Of a DNA stretch of 64,000 bases, positions 32,368-41,057 are shown piece by piece (the stretch's first letter is position 1; each line of letters begins with the position of its first letter). Made by a program: the position numbers and the translations under genes. Source of the DNA: Escherichia phage GEP001; sequence record PV173775, one strand, 5' to 3'. Below the pieces are notes generated by a model that saw only the letters and a program-made list of their open reading frames with translations, was not told where the DNA came from and did no database searches.

Positions 32368-32560
32368 TCTAGAAAAGATTTATCGTCTTTGCGATAAAAT
32401 CGAAAAAGAAAAGAAATACCTATTTTGTCTATGGCCTATTGTTGACGGAAGAGTGGGCTTAGATGTTCTTGATTATGAAACAGAAGACAAAGTAGATGGT
32501 TCAATTTTTGATAACGCTTTGGATGTTATTGATTGGCTTGAAGAAAATTATGTGAGGTAA
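32360..32560 (+). CDS. hypothetical protein, 66 aa
   Basis: ORF. Confidence 0.55.
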   Translation: MNNLEKIYRLCDKIEKEKKYLFCLWPIVDGRVGLDVLDYETEDKVDGSIFDNALDVIDWLEENYVR

Positions 32561-32562
32561 AT

Positions 32563-32838
32563 ATGTTTCCGACTTACTCTAAAATCGTAGAAGTAGTGTT
32601 TAGTCAAATTATCGCTAATAACATGTTTGAAAAGCTTGATAATGCAGCTGAACTTCGAATCCACGCTCAAGTGACTCATGTATTGAACACTTTGCTTCCA
32701 GACCAGGTGGATTCTATCGCCATTACGCTGTATCCAGGTTCCGCGCATATCATTGTCGTATTTGGTCTTGATGCTGAGTTAGTTATCAAAGGCGATATTC
32801 GTTTTGAATCGCAGACATCAGAATTCAAAGCAATTTAA
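32563..32838 (+). CDS. hypothetical protein, 91 aa
   Basis: ORF. Confidence 0.55.
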   Translation: MFPTYSKIVEVVFSQIIANNMFEKLDNAAELRIHAQVTHVLNTLLPDQVDSIAITLYPGSAHIIVVFGLDAELVIKGDIRFESQTSEFKAI

Positions 32839-32840
32839 CA

Positions 32841-32870
32841 GTTTACTTTACAGTAGAGTTGTGATATTAT
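32841..32870 (+). promoter_or_regulatory. early promoter (GTTTAC / TGaTATTAT)
   Basis: Consensus match. Confidence 0.6.
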
Positions 32871-32900
32871 AGCTCTACCAAAACAAATGAGGAAATTGAA

Positions 32901-33428
32901 ATGAGCGAATGGTTTGAAGAAGGTAAGGTTTATCGCTTTAAAGCTGGATATAAAGATATTTTTAATGAAACTTGCGGGGCTAATAAACGAATTGCCCAGT
33001 TTATTGGGGAAAATTCATTTAAAGTAAAAATAGATCCTGCGAAAAATGTTATTAGCATTAAACGCGAAATTGATGATTGCTGGTATAAAGCTGTTGATGT
33101 AATGGGTGAATCCTATAAAGTTAGTCCGTTATTTTCAATTGCTTATATGTTAGAATATTCTTTTTTCGAAGAAGTTCAAAAAGATGATTCTGCCAGTAAA
33201 TTTGAAATTAAAGCTGATAAAGAAATTAAGTGGAAAGTAGTAGGTATTACTGGTTGTATGTTCTATATCTATGCTCAAACTGATACGAAGGAAGAAGCTA
33301 AACAGAAAGCTCTAGAATATCTTGAAGAGTATGAAGAAGGTCCGGTAATGATTACTCAAGATGCTGAATTAGTTTCTGTCAAATTAGTTAAAAACGTTGA
33401 AAGTAAGGAGCTAGGATCAACATGCTAA
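32901..33428 (+). CDS. hypothetical protein, 175 aa
   Basis: ORF after early promoter 32841-32870. Confidence 0.7.
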   Translation: MSEWFEEGKVYRFKAGYKDIFNETCGANKRIAQFIGENSFKVKIDPAKNVISIKREIDDCWYKAVDVMGESYKVSPLFSIAYMLEYSFFEEVQKDDSASKFEIKADKEIKWKVVGITGCMFYIYAQTDTKEEAKQKALEYLEEYEEGPVMITQDAELVSVKLVKNVESKELGSTC

Positions 33429-33658
33429 GCGAAAAACCAATTACTGTTAAAGAATTTCAAGAAAAAGTTAAACTATTTGCTCAGGAATTGGTAAATAAGG
33501 TTTCTGAACGATTTCCAGAAACATCAGTTCGTGTTATTACCGAAACTCCTCGTTCAGTATTAGTAATTGTGAATCCAGGTGATGGTGACCAAATAACACA
33601 TCTTAAACTGGATTTTGATGGATTAGTTGAAGCACAAAGGGTGTATGGCGTACTATGA
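33422..33658 (+). CDS. hypothetical protein, 78 aa
   Basis: ORF. Confidence 0.6.
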   Translation: MLSEKPITVKEFQEKVKLFAQELVNKVSERFPETSVRVITETPRSVLVIVNPGDGDQITHLKLDFDGLVEAQRVYGVL

Positions 33659-33993
33659 TGAATTTAACTGATATAATTGATAATTGTCTTGAAAATGATA
33701 CTGGTGATCATAGAGCGCTTGATTCTGAAACAGCACAGTTCATTAGAATAACTTTAATGAATGATACTCTAGTGAATAGTATTCATCCTTCTGTGTATGA
33801 TGCTATTATTGTGACGAAGTATCCAGTTGAGCTTCGCAAAAAGATGGCTGGTGCAATTTTTATTGATAAGAAAAACCGCTTTAAAGATGGGCAGAATATA
33901 ATTAGTTCTGTTATTAAAAGTATAACTAAACTTCGTCACGAAATTTATCGTGTTGAAACTGCTAAATCTGCTTATCTGGTGATTATGAAATGA
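33655..33993 (+). CDS. hypothetical protein, 112 aa
   Basis: ORF coupled to cd. Confidence 0.6.
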   Translation: MMNLTDIIDNCLENDTGDHRALDSETAQFIRITLMNDTLVNSIHPSVYDAIIVTKYPVELRKKMAGAIFIDKKNRFKDGQNIISSVIKSITKLRHEIYRVETAKSAYLVIMK

Positions 33994-34571
33994 AAGCGAG
34001 TACAGTACTTCAAATTGCATATTTAGTATCACAAGAATCAAAATGTTGCTCCTGGAAGGTAGGAGCAGTAATTGAAAAGAATGGACGTATTATTTCTACC
34101 GGATATAATGGTTCACCTGCCGGGGGTGTGAACTGTTGTGATTATGCTGCTGAGCAAGGTTGGTTGCTGAATAAGCCTAAACATACTATCATTCAAGGTC
34201 ATAAGCCCGAATGTGTATCGTTTGGTTCAACTGATCGTTTTGTTTTGGCGAAAGAACACCGTAGCGCGCACTCTGAATGGTCGTCTAAAAATGAAATTCA
34301 CGCTGAACTAAATGCGATTTTGTTTGCTGCGCGAAATGGTTCTTCAATTGAAGGTGCTACTATGTATGTAACACTTTCTCCTTGCCCAGATTGCGCAAAA
34401 GCAATAGCTCAATCTGGAATTAAAAAGCTGGTTTATTGCGAAACATACGATAAAAATAAACCTGGCTGGGATGATATTCTGCGAAATGCGGGTATTGAAG
34501 TGTTTAATGTTCCTAAGAAAAACTTAAATAAGTTAAACTGGGAAAATATCAACGAATTCTGTGGTGAATAA
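33990..34571 (+). CDS. cd: dCMP deaminase (193 aa)
   Basis: Zinc-binding HAE and PCxxC deaminase motifs; size identical to T4 Cd. Confidence 0.95.
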   Translation: MKASTVLQIAYLVSQESKCCSWKVGAVIEKNGRIISTGYNGSPAGGVNCCDYAAEQGWLLNKPKHTIIQGHKPECVSFGSTDRFVLAKEHRSAHSEWSSKNEIHAELNAILFAARNGSSIEGATMYVTLSPCPDCAKAIAQSGIKKLVYCETYDKNKPGWDDILRNAGIEVFNVPKKNLNKLNWENINEFCGE

Positions 34572-34807
34572 TGAAATTTCGTTTGGTACAGCTCACAGCA
34601 ATTAGTTCTTATTCTAATGAGAACATTTCATTTGCTGTAGAGTATAAGAAGTATTTTTTCTCTAAATGGAAACAGTATTATAAAACTGATTGGACTAGTA
34701 TTGATAGGCCGTATAGTTGGAAATCTGATTTAGAAAAATGCCAAAAATTGCTTTCCACTCTTAAAGAACGTGGAACAACCCATATTAAAACTGTAATAGG
34801 TAAATAA
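34571..34807 (+). CDS. hypothetical protein, 78 aa
   Basis: ORF. Confidence 0.6.
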   Translation: MKFRLVQLTAISSYSNENISFAVEYKKYFFSKWKQYYKTDWTSIDRPYSWKSDLEKCQKLLSTLKERGTTHIKTVIGK

Positions 34808-35116
34808 ATGAAACTGACAACTGAACAAAAAGTAGCAATTCGTGAAATTTTGAAAACTAAATTGTCCATGGGGGTTTCAAACATAGTTTTTGAAAAGTCT
34901 GATGGTACTATTCGTACTATGAAAGGTACTCGTGATGCTGATTTTATGCCAACCATGCAAACCGGTAAATTGACTGAATCTACTCGGAAAGAATCTACTG
35001 ATATGATTCCAGTATTTGATGTTGAGCTTGGTGCATGGCGAGGTTTTTCTATTGACAAATTGATTTCCGTTAATGGTATGAAAGTTGAGCATTTGCTTCA
35101 ATTTATTGGTAAATAA
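34808..35116 (+). CDS. hypothetical protein, 102 aa
   Basis: ORF. Confidence 0.6.
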   Translation: MKLTTEQKVAIREILKTKLSMGVSNIVFEKSDGTIRTMKGTRDADFMPTMQTGKLTESTRKESTDMIPVFDVELGAWRGFSIDKLISVNGMKVEHLLQFIGK

Positions 35117-35172
35117 ATGCTTTAAGAATTATTTGTTATTATTAATTCATCTGTTAACAAAAAGGAAAAACG

Positions 35173-35508
35173 ATGTCTGAAGTACAACAGCTACCAATTC
35201 GTGCTGTCGGTGAATTTGTTATTTTAGTTTCTGAACCTGCGCAAGCCGGTGATGAAGAAGTTACAGAATCAGGACTTATTATCGGTAAACGTGTTCAAGG
35301 TGAAGTTCCTGAACTGTGTGTAGTTCACTCCGTTGGTCCTGATGTTCCTGAAGGTTTCTGCGAAGTTGGTGATTTGACTTCTCTTCCAGTTGGTCAAATT
35401 CGAAACGTTCCGCATCCTTTTGTAGCTCTGGGACTTAAGCAGCCAAAAGAAATTAAACAAAAATTCGTTACCTGTCACTATAAAGCTATTCCGTGTCTTT
35501 ATAAGTGA
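35173..35508 (+). CDS. 31: co-chaperonin gp31 (GroES analogue), 111 aa
   Basis: Sequence matches recalled T4 gp31. Confidence 0.95.
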   Translation: MSEVQQLPIRAVGEFVILVSEPAQAGDEEVTESGLIIGKRVQGEVPELCVVHSVGPDVPEGFCEVGDLTSLPVGQIRNVPHPFVALGLKQPKEIKQKFVTCHYKAIPCLYK

Positions 35509-35516
35509 TATAAATA
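35509..35516 (+). promoter_or_regulatory. late promoter TATAAATA upstream of rIII
   Basis: Exact match. Confidence 0.5.
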
Positions 35517-35655
35517 ATAATATGAATTGGGTGTCGGAATAATAAGTTAACCGAACAATTCTACGTGGTAGTCTACAACTGAGAGATCTGTCGAAAGAAG
35601 ATGAAATTCAGAAGAACGTGACTACCGAGTTTTAATCTCTAATGAGAATTTTTAA

Positions 35656-35904
35656 ATGATTAAACAATTACAACACGCTCTTGAACTGCAACGAAACGCA
35701 TGGAATAATGGTCACGAAAACTATGGCGCATCTATTGATGTTGAAGCCGAAGCTCTTGAAATCCTGCGTTATTTCAAACATCTGAATCCTGCTCAAACTG
35801 CATTAGCTGCTGAGCTTCAGGAAAAAGATGAACTTAAATATGCTAAGCCTTTGGCTTCTGCCGCACGAAAAGCAGTTCGTCACTTTGTGGTAACACTGAA
35901 GTAA
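35656..35904 (+). CDS. rIII: lysis-inhibition accessory protein RIII (82 aa)
   Basis: Size and position after gene 31. Confidence 0.85.
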   Translation: MIKQLQHALELQRNAWNNGHENYGASIDVEAEALEILRYFKHLNPAQTALAAELQEKDELKYAKPLASAARKAVRHFVVTLK

Positions 35905-35982
35905 GTATGATGACGGGTTTATGGTTATCCTGGTCGTTAAATATTCAAAAACCTATGTTCCCCTTGAGGGCTTGCGCAGGCA

Positions 35983-36201
35983 ATGCCAATAAGTCCTGCA
36001 TTTTCATTTAAAAGAGAATTTATAATGGCAAAACAAGCTAAAGCAAAGAAAGCAGTTGAAAAGAAAGTTGGTGATTCTAAACGCGCTGGTTACAAGCGTG
36101 GGTCGAACTCTCGTATCAATCAAACTGTTGAGAAGATCATGCGCCGAGCACGTGCGGTTCTTCGAGATGATGCTTCTCGTTTTGGTAAGCAGAAAGCATA
36201 A
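35983..36201 (+). CDS. small basic protein, 72 aa (alternative start at 36026 gives 58 aa)
   Basis: Lys/Arg-rich ORF followed by strong terminator hairpin. Confidence 0.5.
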   Translation: MPISPAFSFKREFIMAKQAKAKKAVEKKVGDSKRAGYKRGSNSRINQTVEKIMRRARAVLRDDASRFGKQKA

Positions 36202-36206
36202 GTTGA

Positions 36207-36234
36207 GGACTCCTTCGGGAGTCCTTTTTTATTT
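36207..36234 (+). terminator. intrinsic terminator (ggactcc-ttcg-ggagtcc plus T-run)
   Basis: Perfect 7-bp stem, UUCG loop, 10-nt T-rich tail. Confidence 0.7.
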
Positions 36235-36254
36235 TCCAAAGATTGCACAAAGTT

Positions 36255-36284
36255 GTTTACAGTATGGTTCCTTTGTGATAGTAT
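36255..36284 (+). promoter_or_regulatory. early promoter following terminator hairpin (PeSL-like)
   Basis: GTTTAC, 18-nt spacer, TAGTAT; hairpin 36207-36234 just upstream. Confidence 0.6.
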
Positions 36285-36311
36285 TATCTTACACAAACAA
36301 AGGAGAATAAA

Positions 36312-36644
36312 ATGAAAACGATTAATCTAAACGCTGCGGTTAAAACTAAATGCTTCAATGGTAAATATGATGAAACTATGTGGTTCTTAATGGCAGTTGA
36401 AGGTGATATTATTGAAGTAGAAACAACAGAAGGTATGGGAACAGATTTCACCTTTACAATTCAAGTTCATAATTTCTTTACTGGTTGGATTTATGAATTG
36501 AATACAGTAATCGTTGGAAAAATTGAACAAAATGAATCAGGTGAATGGTATTATGTTACAGCTCGCCAACGTGCCGAACGCTTAATTGAGAAGATGAAAA
36601 AAGTTGGTAAACTTGACATGCAACATTGGAAAGTAGTAAAATAA
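36312..36644 (+). CDS. hypothetical protein, 110 aa
   Basis: ORF after early promoter 36255-36284. Confidence 0.7.
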   Translation: MKTINLNAAVKTKCFNGKYDETMWFLMAVEGDIIEVETTEGMGTDFTFTIQVHNFFTGWIYELNTVIVGKIEQNESGEWYYVTARQRAERLIEKMKKVGKLDMQHWKVVK

Positions 36645-36646
36645 TT

Positions 36647-36675
36647 GTTTACTTTGGTACAGGATATGATATTAT
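36647..36675 (+). promoter_or_regulatory. early promoter (GTTTAC / TGaTATTAT)
   Basis: Consensus match. Confidence 0.6.
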
Positions 36676-36712
36676 ATACCTGTACCGCAATTAAACATCT
36701 CGGAGAATAAAA

Positions 36713-37078
36713 ATGAACTACATCAATTTTGAACGTAAATATGTTTCTAATGGTATTGCAGGTTCTATTGATACTATCTGCCTTTGGAAACATCAAAATG
36801 GATCAGTATGCGAAATTGAACAGTATATGACTCCTAACTACGTTTATATGCGATTTGAAAATGGCATCACGGTTTCAATCACGAAAGAAGGTTCTTCTTT
36901 TAAAATCGCATTAGATGATGATTTCCGTCAACGCGATTTAGGGACTCATCCTTGCTGGAATGGTGTTAATCGTAAGCTTCTGGTTAAAACTTGGATTCGT
37001 CATATTCTGAGCAACAGAGCTAAACCTGAGCATCTTGAAGCAATCTTTGATGTAGTTCTTAACGAATTTGATATTTAA
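36713..37078 (+). CDS. hypothetical protein, 121 aa
   Basis: ORF after early promoter 36647-36675. Confidence 0.7.
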   Translation: MNYINFERKYVSNGIAGSIDTICLWKHQNGSVCEIEQYMTPNYVYMRFENGITVSITKEGSSFKIALDDDFRQRDLGTHPCWNGVNRKLLVKTWIRHILSNRAKPEHLEAIFDVVLNEFDI

Positions 37079-37119
37079 AATAAAATAAGGGGCTTCGGCC
37101 CCTTACTGAGGAAAATATT

Positions 37120-37407
37120 ATGTTTATGACTACTTATTTTGATACCCGTAAAAATTTCTGTGAAGTGGTTTTCTCTAAGGCACCTAAAGGCCTTCCTGCT
37201 CATTTGCAACCTACCAGTGAATCGATTAAAAACTACGTTAATGTAGTATGTCCTTTAGAGTTCCGTACTGTAAATGGACGTGATACTCTAGCAATCATTA
37301 AACTCAATCGTGAAATTGACATTGACCCTTCAATTGCGCGTGAAATTAATATTTCTGACATTGGTGGTGGTAATGTTAAATCGCATGGTTTTCAGATGAG
37401 GTTCTAA
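37120..37407 (+). CDS. hypothetical protein, 95 aa
   Basis: ORF. Confidence 0.6.
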   Translation: MFMTTYFDTRKNFCEVVFSKAPKGLPAHLQPTSESIKNYVNVVCPLEFRTVNGRDTLAIIKLNREIDIDPSIAREINISDIGGGNVKSHGFQMRF

Positions 37408-37604
37408 TGAAATTCTTTTTGGGTCAAACTGTTGAATTAAAGGGAGTCGGTATACCTGGATTAATTTCTAAGGTTTTGCCTGCATTTAAATGGAGAGACG
37501 TTCAAATAAAAGAAGCTTATATTGTTTCCTGGGTAGATGGAAATGAAGACCTTCGTATGGGTGATGAATTATCTCCTATCTATGGATTAAAGGAATTAGT
37601 ATGA
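37407..37604 (+). CDS. hypothetical protein, 65 aa
   Basis: ORF. Confidence 0.55.
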   Translation: MKFFLGQTVELKGVGIPGLISKVLPAFKWRDVQIKEAYIVSWVDGNEDLRMGDELSPIYGLKELV

Positions 37605-37807
37605 ATATAATTAATAAGATTTTTGGAATTCAGTACATTAAGGTCACATATAAAGTAACATATAAAGGTCCGTATACCGATGAACATGAAGAACCACAAG
37701 TTATGTCTATTATATTAGAAAAGGACCCTAACTGGCCAGTTGAATTTCGTCTTCCTTGCTATGGTCATTGGGCTGATGTTGAAATTATAAGTATTGAAAA
37801 TGTCTGA
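37601..37807 (+). CDS. hypothetical protein, 68 aa
   Basis: ORF. Confidence 0.55.
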   Translation: MNIINKIFGIQYIKVTYKVTYKGPYTDEHEEPQVMSIILEKDPNWPVEFRLPCYGHWADVEIISIENV

Positions 37808-38258
37808 GCTAGAAATAAGAAGCAATTTTAGATGGCCATCATGTGCATTAAGCAATTTCGCCCAATGGCCTTTCGTTATGGATGGTATCCAATTTGGAGG
37901 TCTCGAAGGATTCCTCCAAGGATGTAAGGTGAAAAATGTTGAACAGCAAAGACGTATATTTGGGTTATCCGGGCTTGCCGCCCAACAAGCTGGAAGGTCT
38001 TATGCTAGAGCTCAGGACCGTGGCACGTTGTTCTGGCTTGGAACTCCGTTTTCAAGATATTCCGAAGCATGGAAAGAATTATACACAAATGCATATTTTG
38101 AAGCAGCGATCCAAAACAGGGGTTTTCGTGATGCATTACAAGCCTCGAAAGGAAAAGTTTTGAAGCACAGCATGGCTAGTGGTCTAACAAAAGATGATAC
38201 AATACTAACCGAAGCTGAATTTATTGATGTGTTAAACCTATTAAGAGACTCTCTATGA
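37794..38258 (+). CDS. NADAR/YbiA-like (DUF1768) protein, 154 aa (30.3-like)
   Basis: Pattern LSNF...PF..DG..F...E...Q..K resembling NADAR family; no search run. Confidence 0.5.
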   Translation: MKMSELEIRSNFRWPSCALSNFAQWPFVMDGIQFGGLEGFLQGCKVKNVEQQRRIFGLSGLAAQQAGRSYARAQDRGTLFWLGTPFSRYSEAWKELYTNAYFEAAIQNRGFRDALQASKGKVLKHSMASGLTKDDTILTEAEFIDVLNLLRDSL

Positions 38259-39094
38259 AGCCAACTATTTTAACTGATATTGATGGAGTTTGTTTAAGCT
38301 GGCAATCAGGCCTTCCTTATTTTGCTCAAAAATATAATCTTCCATTAGAACATATTTTAAAAATGATCCAAGATGAGAAATTTATTTCTCCAGGTAAACT
38401 CTTTAATTGTGACGAAGAACTTGGCGTCAAGTTAATTGAAAAATACAATCGTTCAGATTTTATTCGTTACTTGTCTCCGTATAAAGATGCCCTGTGTGTA
38501 ATTAACAAATTAAAAGAAGATTATAATTTTGTAGCTGTTACAGCATTGGGTGATTCTATTGACGCTCTGTTGAATCGTCAATTTAATTTGAATGCTCTTT
38601 TTCCCGGTGCCTTCTCAGAAGTAATGATGTGTGGTCATGATTCTTCAAAAGAAGAGCTGTTCAAAAAGGCAAAAGAGAAATATAACGTAATTTGTTATAT
38701 TGACGATCTCGCTCATCACTGCGATCATGCGAGTGAAATATTAAATGTTCCTGTTTATTGGATGGCTCGAGGAGAGCGTGACAATATTCCAAAAACTGCA
38801 CAGCGAGTTTATACATGGAATGATGTAGAAAATAAGCTTTTTTCGCCGAAGGAAAATAAAGAAAGTTTTGATAGTGAAAAAGCTATAAAAGATTTAATTG
38901 AGAAGATGGTTAAAAACGATTCTTTTCCTTGGAACACTACCTGGAGAACGCCTGGATTTAATCCTTATAATCATCTATATCATCCATATCAGACACATCC
39001 GTTTCAGACATGGAACTATATTAAACCTGGTGGCATAGAGTATTTGTATAATAGACCTACTTGTGGTGATAATATTTTCCAAGGAGCATTCTAA
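38255..39094 (+). CDS. HAD-superfamily hydrolase-like protein, 279 aa (30.2-like)
   Basis: N-terminal DxDGV motif (TDIDGV). Confidence 0.6.
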   Translation: MKPTILTDIDGVCLSWQSGLPYFAQKYNLPLEHILKMIQDEKFISPGKLFNCDEELGVKLIEKYNRSDFIRYLSPYKDALCVINKLKEDYNFVAVTALGDSIDALLNRQFNLNALFPGAFSEVMMCGHDSSKEELFKKAKEKYNVICYIDDLAHHCDHASEILNVPVYWMARGERDNIPKTAQRVYTWNDVENKLFSPKENKESFDSEKAIKDLIEKMVKNDSFPWNTTWRTPGFNPYNHLYHPYQTHPFQTWNYIKPGGIEYLYNRPTCGDNIFQGAF

Positions 39095-39363
39095 TGTTTG
39101 TTGTTCACACTATTTATGAAAATGAAGGTAATACTACACGTGATTATGGTCACGTAAATCAATTTTTTAGATGCAATCCAGAATTCCGAGCTCAAAAAGA
39201 CGAACGAATTTTTAAAAAATGTGTAGAGCAAGGTTTCATTTACGTCAAGCACTGGATGCAAGGAAATAAAGTTAGAACTACATATCATAAGTCTTTGCCT
39301 GAGCTTAATGATGAATTGATTTATAATAGAGCTGTAAATCAAACTCTGAAGGATGAACAATGA
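39094..39363 (+). CDS. hypothetical protein, 89 aa
   Basis: ORF coupled to gene 30. Confidence 0.6.
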   Translation: MFVVHTIYENEGNTTRDYGHVNQFFRCNPEFRAQKDERIFKKCVEQGFIYVKHWMQGNKVRTTYHKSLPELNDELIYNRAVNQTLKDEQ

Positions 39364-40820
39364 TTCTTAAAATTCTGAATGAAATAGCATCTATTGGATC
39401 AACTAAGCAGAAGCAAGCAATTCTTGAAAAGAATAAAGATAATGAATTGCTTAAACGAGTATATCGTCTGACTTATTCTCGTGGGTTACAGTATTATATC
39501 AAGAAATGGCCTAAACCTGGTATTGCTACCCAGAGTTTTGGAATGCTGACTATTACCGATATGCTTGACTTCATTGAATTCACGTTAGCTACTCGGAAAT
39601 TGACTGGAAATGCAGCAATTGAGGAATTAACTGGATATATCACTGACGGTAAAAAGGATGATGTTGAAGTTTTACGTCGAGTTATGATGCGAGACCTTGA
39701 ATGCGGTGCTTCAGTATCTATTGCAAACAAAGTTTGGCCAGGTTTAATTCCTGAACAACCTCAAATGCTGGCAAGTTCTTATGATGAAAAAGGCATTAGT
39801 AAGAATATCAAGTTTCCAGCTTTTGCGCAGTTAAAAGCAGATGGAGCTCGGTGTTTTGCTGAAGTTAGAGGTGATGAATTAGATGATGTTCGTCTTTTAT
39901 CACGAGCTGGCAATGAATATCTAGGATTAGATCTTCTTAAGGAAGAGTTAATCAAAATGACTGCTGAAGCCCGCCAGATTCATCCAGAAGGTGTGTTAAT
40001 TGATGGCGAATTGGTATACCATGAGCAAGTTGAAAAGGAACCAGAAGGCCTAGATTTTCTTTTTGATGCTCCTGAAATCAGTAAAGCTAAAGAGTTTGCC
40101 GAAGTAGCTGAATCTCGTACTGCTTCTAATGGAATCGCCAATAAATCTTTAAAGGGAACTATTTCAGAAAAAGAAGCCAAATGCATGAAGTTTCAGGTCT
40201 GGGATTATGTTCCGTTGGTAGAAATATACGGTCTTCCGGCGTTTCGTTTAAAATATGATGTACGTTTTTCTAAACTAGAACAAATGACATCAGGATATGA
40301 TAAAGTAATTTTAATTGAAAACCAGCTAGTAAATAACCTAGATGAAGCTAAGGTAATTTATAAAAAGTATATTGACCAAGGTCTTGAAGGTATTATTCTC
40401 AAAAATACCGATGGATTGTGGGAAAATGCTCGTTCAAAAAATCTCTATAAATTTAAAGAAGTAATTGATGTTGATTTAAAAATTGTAGGAATTTATCCTC
40501 ACCGTAAAGACCCTACTAAAGCAGGTGGATTTATTCTTGAATCAGAGTGTGGAAAAATTAAAGTAAATGCAGGTTCAGGCTTAAAAGATAAAGCTGGTGT
40601 AAAATCACATGAACTTGACCGTACTCGCATTATGGAAAACCAAAATTATTATATTGGAAAAATTCTAGAGTGCGAATGCAACGGTTGGTTAAAATCTGAT
40701 GGCCGCACTGATTACGTTAAATTATTTCTTCCGATTGCGATTCGTTTACGTGAAGATAAAACTAAAGCTAATACATTCGAGGATGTATTTGGTGATTTTC
40801 ATGAGGTAACTGGTCTATGA
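39360..40820 (+). CDS. 30: ATP-dependent DNA ligase gp30 (486 aa)
   Basis: Adenylation motif KADGAR; size matches T4 ligase. Confidence 0.95.
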   Translation: MILKILNEIASIGSTKQKQAILEKNKDNELLKRVYRLTYSRGLQYYIKKWPKPGIATQSFGMLTITDMLDFIEFTLATRKLTGNAAIEELTGYITDGKKDDVEVLRRVMMRDLECGASVSIANKVWPGLIPEQPQMLASSYDEKGISKNIKFPAFAQLKADGARCFAEVRGDELDDVRLLSRAGNEYLGLDLLKEELIKMTAEARQIHPEGVLIDGELVYHEQVEKEPEGLDFLFDAPEISKAKEFAEVAESRTASNGIANKSLKGTISEKEAKCMKFQVWDYVPLVEIYGLPAFRLKYDVRFSKLEQMTSGYDKVILIENQLVNNLDEAKVIYKKYIDQGLEGIILKNTDGLWENARSKNLYKFKEVIDVDLKIVGIYPHRKDPTKAGGFILESECGKIKVNAGSGLKDKAGVKSHELDRTRIMENQNYYIGKILECECNGWLKSDGRTDYVKLFLPIAIRLREDKTKANTFEDVFGDFHEVTGL

Positions 40821-41005
40821 AAGCTTACTTAGAAACAATTGTTATAGCTCAAAAAGAAGGTGGAGATGTTTCTACTTCTGTATCACAAGTCATTCTCGAA
40901 TTTGTAGATGCATATGCTTATAATAAATTTACAGAAACATTTGATGCCTATGAAAAAGGGCCAAAGTTTGAAATATATCGTACTCTCTTACCATTAGATT
41001 ATTAA
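40817..41005 (+). CDS. hypothetical protein, 62 aa
   Basis: ORF. Confidence 0.55.
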   Translation: MKAYLETIVIAQKEGGDVSTSVSQVILEFVDAYAYNKFTETFDAYEKGPKFEIYRTLLPLDY

Positions 41006-41026
41006 AGGCCTTCGGGCCTTTAATTT

Positions 41027-41034
41027 TATAAATA
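41027..41034 (+). promoter_or_regulatory. late promoter TATAAATA for alt
   Basis: Exact match 21 nt upstream of alt start; alt is a late packaged protein. Confidence 0.7.
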
Positions 41035-41057
41035 GAATAAACACTAGAGAGGATATG

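Noticed and set aside
35564-35636. Long-range inverted repeat (ggtagtc ... gactacc) in the leader upstream of rIII
   Set aside because: Only a 7-bp stem with a 56-nt loop; too weak to call a structured element without folding analysis.
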